Source: Paraglomus brasilianum
Taxonomy: Eukaryota
Direction: 5' to 3'
Assembly: GCA_910592345.1 (NCBI GenBank)
Contig: CAJVPI010000375.1
Span: 1 to 32,442, forward strand
DNA length: 32,442 nt
Position 1 is the first letter of the stretch. The number at the start of each line of letters is the position of its first letter. This document shows positions 22,502 through 32,442 of the stretch, piece by piece. A program made the position numbers and the translations under genes. The notes beneath the pieces are model-generated. The model made no database searches. It saw nothing but the letters and a program-made list of their open reading frames with translations, and was not told the origin of the DNA.

Positions 22502-24929
22502 TTTGTTGGATAGAACGTGTGTCGCGCTATTCGTAGCGTACAAACAAAAAGTCATTGTCCAAAGTAATTACCAAATTTGGTCAAACTATTTTTGTCCGAA
22601 ATAGATGACCAGTGGCGAGAATTCTGGCTGACTTAAATGTTTGACAATGCGTATCCTGCTTATAGCATATAGGACATGTTAGCTCCTTGATTACACAAAT
22701 TCGTTAATGACTTTTAAATTATAAACAAGGTTTAAACTTAAACAATGTTTGCAAAACGATGGCCAGTTAGTTGAGAGATTGACAAAGTAATAATAATTTA
22801 AAATTCTGTTATTTGTAATGTTGTTCCTTTTTGCGGAACATTTGGTAAATGCGTCCCCCTTTTATGGGCGTAACATTATTGGGCATGAGACATGCATCTT
22901 ATTTTATATATGCAAGTGACGTAGTGGTAGTGCTTGTGATTTGATAAATATAGATATGTACTGTATATTATACAGACATGTGTCACATTCGCAAATTACT
23001 GTCAACAAATATGGTGTGACAAGAAAATCACAAGTAAAAATAGTAATGGCCACTTCTCGTTGCTTGCTCAGTCGTTCTATAATTGACATGCTATTTCTGA
23101 AAATAAGTATGCAGCAACCAATATATTTCGCAAACAAACTATGACCATAGAAAATTCGCTGAATGCATCTAATCACTAAAATTTATCACAACGGCAACAA
23201 TAAAGAATAACAATTCTCTCTCGTGAAAAAGCTATGGTCTATGTAGACATAAGAATTTTGTCAGATAATGACTTGCCATCCTAACTATAAATAACGTCAT
23301 GCTAACAATAATGCATATAACATCTCACAAGTTGGCCAATGCAATTCGTATCAATGTATAGAATTCAAGTCTGTGGTAAATTGACAATTAAGACCAGCTG
23401 ACTTGGAGTTAAAAAACTATTTCGATTATTGCATGCGTCTAAGAATACCCAGTTGCGCTTACTTTGGTTTATGCACAAATGTTACGATTAACAATAAAGG
23501 AGGCTAGCGAGAAAACAAAAAAGATAGAAACAACAAATAGTAAAATCATTAACCGAGTCCTTTTTTTTTATCAGCTGTTAGTAAGTGCAAGCAGTCTTGT
23601 GAGTTGTAGAATAAGCTGTCTGTAAAGTTTTGTCGAACGCTAAACAAAGTTTCAAAATCTGAGAATTTTCGATGCAGATTTCCCCATGTTTCCCTTACGG
23701 AAATTAGAATCATTGAAACCCTCGAGTTTCAAATCTTGAACTAAAGTTATCTGACAACCTGTTCGGACATTTCAATCTTTCTCGGAATTTTGACCATGTG
23801 TCTATTATCACGCCATCTAACGTTATGCTGCGTTACTATTTATAATATTGATAACATTTGTCTTACCTCTCTTGCAGTGTGAGATATTTTTACCAATGCA
23901 TAAATGTTCACTATTGGTATATATGTTGTATGTAAATCCTGTCACCATGTAAATGCGGTTGTTAGGGACCCCAAACGGGATTTACAGTTTTTAAGGAGAG
24001 CAGAGTATAATTCCTTGATCACGACTCATCGATTAGATGTTCATTTGGCCCAAACCATTTATCAATGTCTGGTCTTAACATCCAACAGAATACGAAAGAA
24101 ACAAAATTATGTTCAACATGAAATGAAATCAGTTGTGCGCGGAACACCACGACTTACATAAAGAGATAAGGTTATATGAAATGACCGTGACAAAGGTTGG
24201 TTATGGAATTTCTTCAAGTTATTGCTCATAATATGTCATTTTAATAATGCGCTACTTGTTAATTGTCTGCTCATCTTAACATGAGTTATTCGCAATATAT
24301 ATATTCAAATAGACCTTAACATTAAACAATCCCATCGATTGATCATTACTTTATTACGATGCTTATGAAATGACTGTCGATGATCGTCAAGAAACACAGC
24401 GCCGTGTACGACGATGGGGGTTTGAGTAATAAAAATAAATATAAACAAGCAATTTATTCCTTGGCCCAAACTTGGAAATTAATGTAGATAATAAAAGAAC
24501 GCAAAACTCCAAACTTGGAAATTAAAAATGAATAGTCAACGGATTTCCAATGTGATAACCCGTTTTTCGAAAATACTAACACTAGTTGCTATCCCTATTT
24601 GCTATCGTTATCGCCACTGCTACTGTAGTTTGCTATCGTCAAGTCATACTCTATATGCTATCGCTTGTCTCATATACGGATACACTGCTTGGTCAATCTC
24701 GAAAAATATCCGCAAATTATTTGTAATTATTACAAATCCCAAACAAATACACGTAATGCCAGAACTAAAGTAATAGCTGTTTTGGTCTCTTCCAAGCACA
24801 TACCAATCATGAAAGAATTTAATGTTTGTTTTATACAAGTGTCTCATTAAAAAACTCAAAACAGTAGAATAATTAATCTGTTATATAACACAAACGCTCC
24901 AATGTCTGTTTTTGGTCGATCTTTTGCCT

Positions 24930-24940
24930 CACGTTATAAA
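24930..24940 (+). promoter_or_regulatory. CACGTT (Pho4-type E-box variant) overlapping TATAAA
   Basis: CACGTTATAAA 40 bp upstream of the first transporter ATG. Confidence 0.3.
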
Positions 24941-24980
24941 TAGATCCCAGCCAACTTCAACTTGACAATTAACAAACAAA

Positions 24981-26790
24981 ATGAGTACAGAAAAACGCTC
25001 TCGGACAAACTCGATTTCTTCATCTTCCTCACAAACTTCGCAAGACTTTCTTGCTCAACGCAAAAAAGCACTCAAGGAATTTGATGAAGCCATCATCAAT
25101 TCGTCGCACTTTAGAGTCTGCTTAGTAGCGAGCGCCGGTTTCTTCACCTCAGGGTATAGTCTAAATACAATCAGCTTTGTACTGTTAATGTTAGGCGCAT
25201 ATGGTAACGATGCGCCCACTCGATTTATCATGAGAACTTCGGTTCGGTTTGGCTCTATATTGGGTCACTTGCTATTCGGCTACATGGCCGACAAGTATGG
25301 ACGGAAAAAAGTAATAGTAATGAATATAGTTGAAGAGTCGAATTCAAAAGTCGTGTAAATCCTAATTCATGTTTTTTCGATTTACGCAGATGTTTGGCGT
25401 AGAGTTGATCCTCGTGGTGATCGGCACGCTGTTTTCTGCTATAGCTGGACAGAGTCTTGCCGTGTCATTTGTGGGCAGTTTCGTCTTTTGTCGAGTCATT
25501 CTCGGCATAGGAATTGGTGGGGATTACCCAATTAGTGCGCGTATGTATCATTTCTTTATATTAAAGGTAACATTTTCAACGCACGACTTAATTTACCATT
25601 TATTCGCCCACAGTTATCATCTCTGAACTTGCGCCTACAAGATTCAGGGGAAGAATGTTGGCAGCAGGGTTTGCCATTTTTGCCTTGGGGATGCTTTCGG
25701 CTGGCATTGTCTCTATTATCGTTCTTGCTGCGTTCCGAGAATCCATCGACCATGATCCACAAAGTCTCGATTATGTGTGGAGACTTACTGTCGGGTTTGG
25801 CGCTATACCTGCGATAATCGCACTGTACTTTAGATTATCGATTCCCGAGACACCTCGCTATATAATCGACGTTGAAGGAGAAATCGATTGGACTCACAAA
25901 ATCGAACCGTCGCAGATTGGAAACTACGACTACCAAAGAAAATCCAAACCAACGCAAAGCACAAACCATTTGCTCGACATGTACAAACATTTTCGTTCAG
26001 GAAAAAGCGGAAAATACTTGATTGTGACGTCTCTGATTTGGTTCTGCGCCAACATTAGCTCAACTGGATATCGGGCTGATGCTCTTGTTGATGGAATTAT
26101 CATAAATAATGGCGAGAGCTCGCCTTATACTGTTCTCATGCAACATAATTTGAACAATGTGATTCGCCTTATTGTTGGTTATATACCTGGTGCCTTACTT
26201 ACCATATGTCTAATAGACCGGTGGGGCAGAAAACCTATTTTATACACTGGGTTTACGGCATGTGCAATTTTATTCACCCTTTCGGGATTCTTGATTCAGT
26301 TTGTGCAAATAGACGAACTGGGTCAAAGCCGTTTATATTATTCAGTTTCTACCGTCACTCTCGTAAGCATTCAGTTTTTGAAAAATTCTTGACAGCACAG
26401 CTTATTTTTCCCCCAATGCTAACCGTAAAACAACTTTATTTTTTAAAACATTACTAGTTCTTTTTAACGTTCGGTTCGCAAGCGGTGGCCTTCGTCGTGC
26501 CCGCCGAACTATTTCCAACACGCTATCGTTCAACTGCTTATGGTATAAGCGCAGCGTTTGGAAAAGTTGGCGTCATACTGTCCTATTTGATATTTGAATG
26601 GCTTTATGACGTCCATTCGGTTGAAAATTTTCGGTCGCGATTTTTCGTTGCCTCTCTCGTGTATTCCGTCTCCATGGTAATTGGGGCAGCGTCTACAACT
26701 CGTTTACCTGAGACCAACAATGAGCCGTTGGAGAAAATTGCTGACGACGGTGAATTTGTTGCAAGACGCCATAATTCCACGGATGTGTAA
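24981..26790 (+). CDS. Divergent PHO84/PHT1-like MFS transporter (PHS family), copy A, about 520 aa
   Basis: Exons 24981-25310, 25390-25540, 25614-26362, 26458-26790 splice in frame; motifs ADKYGRKK, LGIGIGGDYP, RGRM, PETPRY, DRWGRK, PAELFPTRYRSTAYGISAAFGK, LPET. Confidence 0.92.
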
Positions 26791-29700
26791 AGCAAATAGC
26801 TAGATTTTAGTATGGTAACGTTCAGTATGTATATAGTTGAATGTTTTGTTGCAGCATATTGTAATTATAAATTAAGTGCTCATTGCATGCGTTATTGTAA
26901 TGTATATTATTAAATAAAGTAAATAATACTCCTTATAATATGTAATACGTTTGTGAATGCTCTTGTGTCTTTTTTAATACACTGTTGGCAAAGGCCAACA
27001 ATACCCTAGTGGCATGAGCACAAAAAGTAGATACTGTAAATAGTTGGTGGAGCATCATCTACGTCTATGACAAATATACAGCTCTCTTAGTCGAGTGATA
27101 GTTTATTTGGATACACAAATAAAATTACTATGTTACAAAAAAAGTAATTACAAAGGTCCATTGTATGTTAACCTCTATAACAATGGTACCAATAACCACT
27201 CATTTAATATTCCGTTTTTAAGAATTAATCTGGAGTACCTCTGTGCTGTCTTAATTGAGGTTGTTCTGGTAAACTTCTTCCTTCTCAATAATAATCGGCC
27301 AAACTTCTGGTTTTCCGTTCCATACTGTATTAGTAATTTTATCATAGTTTGTAAGTTAAAAAGCGGTTTATTCTGGCGAATGACAGTCGTCATACCGGTT
27401 TTGCATTAGTATTAGTTTATCGCCTTGAAATCGATGTTAAACGGCTAGCATTGTTATTACGCATTTTTTATATTAATGTTACTATCGCGGTTATCATTGG
27501 TTGCAACTATAAAGTTGTGTTACGTAAACAATAGATGCGCTTTTTACATTATCAAGTTATGCAGTTCATCACTTTTTTCGCGTTCCAGAATTTATGCCAC
27601 ACATTCGCGCAGCTTTTAGCAAACTCGAAAATTATTCTGTTGATCAGAATGCTCAAGGTTAAATAGTATAACATAATTTCAAGAGTATACTGTATATGAC
27701 ATTCTTATATACTGTGATCAATTTTTGATAAGGCAATTTGCCACAATACCCACTTTTAAAGTTGTATCATAAATACAGTATATTTACAGTAAAGACTCAT
27801 TCTAAATTATGTGTTAAATACATCAATGTGAACTTAACTTTGCCATAATAACCCATTCACCTTAAGGTGCGTATTTCAGAGAAATAAATACTCGTATACT
27901 TCAAATTGTTATGCGCTATGAATAAAAGACTATATCGGAAGGATCGAATGGACAACTTACACAACAGATTACGTCACAAGTCGGCTATTATAGTTAATTA
28001 AATAACCTAAATGCAAATATACGATTGAGTATATTGATATAGGTGCTAGAACTGAAATCGGATTCCGTCTTCCAATTGTTTAGAGTAACATACAGTACAT
28101 AGCGATTGTATGCAGGCAGAGTAAGAGTAAACTTGCAATTATTAAACGCTTCGATTAAAATTTACAGTGCAATAAATACCAAAGAATTGATACTCCTGCT
28201 TCCCTGTGGGTAATTGGAAACATGTTAAGGCCAATGTATGCGATCTACTGCCGCCGTCAGCAAGATCACAATTATGTGGGCCTGTAAACTCTATCACAGG
28301 CATTATCTAAAGAAGAGATTTGTTTGTCGGTAGGAGGCGAGGATAGAGGCTGATTGCATCGTAAAGTGTGTAAATATTAATGGAAAGTCCTTTCAAAATT
28401 AAGGTATTAATCTATGACATGTTTCAATGACGTATTATGATTGGTTTACTCGTCTGCCTTGGTTGTTGATTCTAGAAACTTATTTGTGCCTGGTCAATAT
28501 TCCTGTCACTCACTATTATTTAATTTATATGTTTAATAATAAGAAGGGTATGAGCCTGATATGTTGACTCGTTCCGCTATTTGCGTAATTACGTACAAAT
28601 ATCTTTCGAACGTTTCCACGTATCGTATCAACTCTAGACACTTTTAGAAAAAACAAAGGTGAAAGAGCTTTTTATTACATAAGGGATTGCAATATCAATT
28701 GGATGATGGAATTCCACTTCGGGCAACGCCTAAATTTAGAATCGGTTACACTGTGTCAGCTGCAGTTACTAAACTAAGAACTAATCAGGTAGTTTGTTTG
28801 ACATTATGGTACCGCATTAGAGGAAGATTTATCACATGATTTCCTTATTCGATTCATCAGATAGACATAGACTCGCCGTAACACGGCAGTGGGCGTAATA
28901 AGTAAAGTTTTCCACTTTTCATTGTTATATCATAATAAGATAATTTATAATGATTCATTTCCAAGCTACATGTACATGCTAACGCCAGTTTTTAACATAT
29001 CTACTTTTACCAAGTAAAGAAGAGGGGAAATAGAAAAATACATTCTTTGAAAGAGGGAGAATGGTTTCAAATACGTCAATCCTTCTCCGCTTGCGGATCT
29101 TGTACGATTTTACATTCGTCAGTTTCTGTATACTAAATTCAACGTCTTCGGTTTCAGTTTTGACGTAAAATTATTCTACCAGAAGATGTACCTGTAAACG
29201 AAGCTTAAACTGTCACCTAGCGACAGCGCTTGTATTAATCATTGATAAAACATGATAATGGTCGAAAGCATTTTGTCATAAAAAGTAGTAAATATAAAAC
29301 AAATAATCCACCTCTATGTAATAAAAATTGTCTGTATGTGTTACTGTGATTGTTCTTTACCAGAATGGGTTGTAACAATAATTTGCGGAAATTCAAATTA
29401 GTGATCATCAATTAAATTTTCTGGCGTGTGCGACGATAACATACGTGTAAACCGTTTATTATGATACATTTTCGAAGAAAAAAAAAACGACTTTTGAATA
29501 CCTGCTCAATTTTTGCAACCTTAAAACCATTACAAGTAACGATCGTAATTGATGTGATGACACCCGGTAGTGAATATGCTTGCAGGCCAGATTAAATAAT
29601 CATTGTTTATATTGCAAATACGTACGTAATCATTGTTTACATTGCGCCAACACCAATCATAGAAAATTCAATGTTTTTAATATTGCATCATGAAACTCGA

Positions 29701-29810
29701 AAAGTAGAAACAATGGGTATACGTACTTCTCGGCGAACATTTTTTTTCTCCTACTGCCTCCATAATAAATACAGCACATTCCCGTCCAAATTGAATATAG
29801 ATGTTACAAA

Positions 29811-31600
29811 ATGGCTAACCGGAAAAACAATCCCTCTGAGACAAACTCAATTTCCTCAAATGATTTTCTCGCTCAACGCAAAAAAAAACTCACGGAATTT
29901 GATAACGCCAAATTCTCTTCGTTGCACATTAGGGCCTGCCTAGTAGCAAGCGCGGGTTTCTTCACCGATGGATACAGTCTACATGCAATCAGCTTTGTGC
30001 TGTTGATGTTGGACTATGTTTATGGTGATGATAACCTTACTGCATCTGCCCGGTTTATGTTAAAATCTTCGATTCGGGTTGGCGCTGTAGTGGGCCACTT
30101 ACTGTTCGGCTATTATGCCGATAAATATGGACGGAAAAAGGTAATAGTAATGAATATAGTTGAAGAATCGAATTCTAATTGGTTGTCATGTAAATCCTAA
30201 TTTATGTTGTCGATTTTTATGCAGATGTTCGGAGTAGAGCTGATAATCGTGGTGATCGGTACGCTGTTTTCAGCTATCGCTGGCCAGGGTCCTGCCGTAT
30301 CGTTTGTGGGCAGTTTCGCCTTTTGTCGAGTTATTCTCGGCATAGGAATTGGTGGGGATTACCCCATCAGCGCACGTACGTACTATTTCTTTATATTAAA
30401 GATAACATTTCAATGCACGACCTAATTTACCATTTATTCGCCACAGTTATCATTTCTGAGCTTGTGCCAGCAAGACTCAGGGGAAGAATGCTGGCAGCAG
30501 GTTTTGCGATTTTTGCCTTCGGCATGCTTTCTGCCGGTATTGTCTCTGCTGTCGTTCTTACTGCATTCCGTGCAGCCATCGATCGAGATCCACAAAATCT
30601 TGATTATGCATGGAGAATTATTATTGGATTTGGCGCTATACCTGCGATAATCGCATTGTATTTTCGTTTGTCAATTGGCGAAACGCCTCGCTATATAATC
30701 GACGTTGAAGGAGAAATCGACAACATAGAATTATCGCAGATTGGAAATTACAAATCCCCAAGAAGACCCAAACCGACACAAAGCACAAATCATTTACGAG
30801 ACATGTATAAACATTTTCGTTCAGGAAATAGCGGGAAATATCTGCTCGCGACGTCTGTCATCTGGTTTTGTATCAACTTCTGTTCGACTGGATATCGGGC
30901 TGATGCCCTTGTTGATGGAATCATCATAAATAAGGGCGAGAGCTCGTCTTATAATGTCCTCATAGAACATAATGTGAACAATGTGCTTCGCCTTCTTCTT
31001 GGCTATGTTCCCGGTGCTTTAGTCACCGTGTACCTAATAGACAAATGGGGCCGAAAACCCATTTTATACGTTGGGTTTACGGCATGTGCAATTTTATTCG
31101 CCCTCTTGGGCTTCTTGATCCAATTTGTGCAAATAGATGAACTGGGTCGAAACCGTTTATATTATTCGGTTTCTACCGTTACTCTCGTAAGCATTCAGTT
31201 TTTGAAAAAATTGTTGCCAGTTTATTAAAAATTTTTTTCGATCCTAATAGTAAGACAACTTTCTTTTTTAAATCATTACTAGTTCTTTTTGGTCGGTCCG
31301 CATTCGGTAATCTTTGTCGTGCCAGCCGAACTATTTCCTACCCGCTATCGCTCAACGGCTTACGGTGCAGCCGCATCGTTTGGAAAATCAGGTAGCATAT
31401 TATGCTACCTGATTTTTGAATGGCTTTACGATGTTCGTGGGATTTTTCATCCGCGTTTTCTCGTTGTTTCTCTGATTTATGCTGCTTTCATGGCAGTTGG
31501 AGCTGCGGGTACCACTCTTTTACCCGAGACAAACAATAAACCATTGGAGGAAATTGCCGGCGACGACGAATATGTCTCTTTGAATGCAAAAAATCCGTAA
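29811..31600 (+). CDS. Divergent PHO84/PHT1-like MFS transporter (PHS family), copy B, about 512 aa
   Basis: Exons 29811-30140, 30225-30375, 30447-31186, 31283-31600 splice in frame; same intron positions and motifs as copy A. Confidence 0.92.
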
Positions 31601-32442
31601 TTTGATGGGTTATAGCTAACTTTTATAATACAAACTTAGATAGTAGAGTTTAGACTAGTAATATTTTGTTTGATTAAGTTACATATAATTGTAATTGTAA
31701 ATTAAGGGCTCATTGCACATATTATTATGTGTAAATTTTGATGTGAATAAACCAATTGTTATATATGTAAAATCAAACCATTGTTGTTTCATATAAATAT
31801 TTATTGAGCTTGAGTGAACGATTTATTAAATAAACGATGTATTCAACCAAATATGTATATCGATAAAGCTCCTCTGAACTTTACTCTTTTCTATCTTTTT
31901 TTTAGGACGAAAAAAATTCTTGTGTATGCCCTTTCTTAAATATGCTGTACTGTTACAGTCCAGGAAAAAAATAATGGCGGTCAGCAAAAACATTTTTACA
32001 GTAAATCTTGCAGAGTAAGCGGTCGCAAAAATTTGGGTTTAAACTGCTTAAAAGCACACGGTTACTATTATTACGTCCTAAAAAAGTTTATGCATAATAT
32101 TAATTGTTTATGTTTCAATGATATTTAGAATAAAATAGCAAGTGAACAAGTTATAACTTGATAAAAAAAACTGTAGGCCATATGTCAGACATCTTTTCTA
32201 CTAAGAAATTTAATCTTCCAGTGCTAAGTAAAACTATTTACAATAACAAATGCTACCTTATTTGCAACTTTTTTTAACAATTTAGAGCTATTGAATTAAT
32301 ATTTTTATTATACAGTGCCTTTGACCAAAAGCAATGCTTGCTTTTATTGTATAAAAGTTAAATGTCAAAAACATGTTGAAACTTTTTTGTGAAATTTATC
32401 ATCTCTTTATTACAAGTAGAATTTGTTATCGTGAACAACATT

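Noticed and set aside
24466..24525. 17-bp direct repeat CCAAACTTGGAAATTAA at 24466 and 24509
   Set aside because: Isolated local duplication with no element structure that I can support
26950..29300. Short coding-like fragments between the two transporters
   Set aside because: No recognisable motifs or consistent frame; cannot support a call without a search
31955..32330. Tc1-like TA|CAGT starts at about 31955 and 32311
   Set aside because: No matching inverted partner found within the window

Overview
Eukaryotic, AT-rich, intron-containing fungal DNA, most consistent with an early-diverging (Glomeromycotina/Mucoromycota-type) genome; the taxon is inference from short GT-AG introns and gene and repeat style. 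Spliced genes I could reconstruct: (1) an unusual minus-strand gene (3873-964) with six ubiquitin-like domains (only the last ends in LRLRGG), a ZZ zinc finger, a helical linker and an iodothyronine-deiodinase-like thioredoxin-fold domain with Cys at the Sec position, interrupted by one in-frame TAG; (2) a Grc3/Nol9 polynucleotide kinase; (3) an FHA-domain CHK2/Rad53-like kinase with a tandem-repeat SQ/TP tail; (4) NKAP; (5) a small Cys-free secreted protein; (6-7) two tandem PHO84-like MFS transporters in which several canonical phosphate-binding and proton-coupling residues are replaced. Two accessory zones (about 4.5-8.3 kb and 17.9-20.4 kb) hold decayed mobile DNA: pogo/Tigger, gag-like CCHC, Vsr-like nuclease, hAT, and a nested TIR element pair. 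The best candidate for a new system is the UBL6-GG-ZZ-deiodinase-like polyprotein. All assignments come from manual reading and motif recall; no searches were run.
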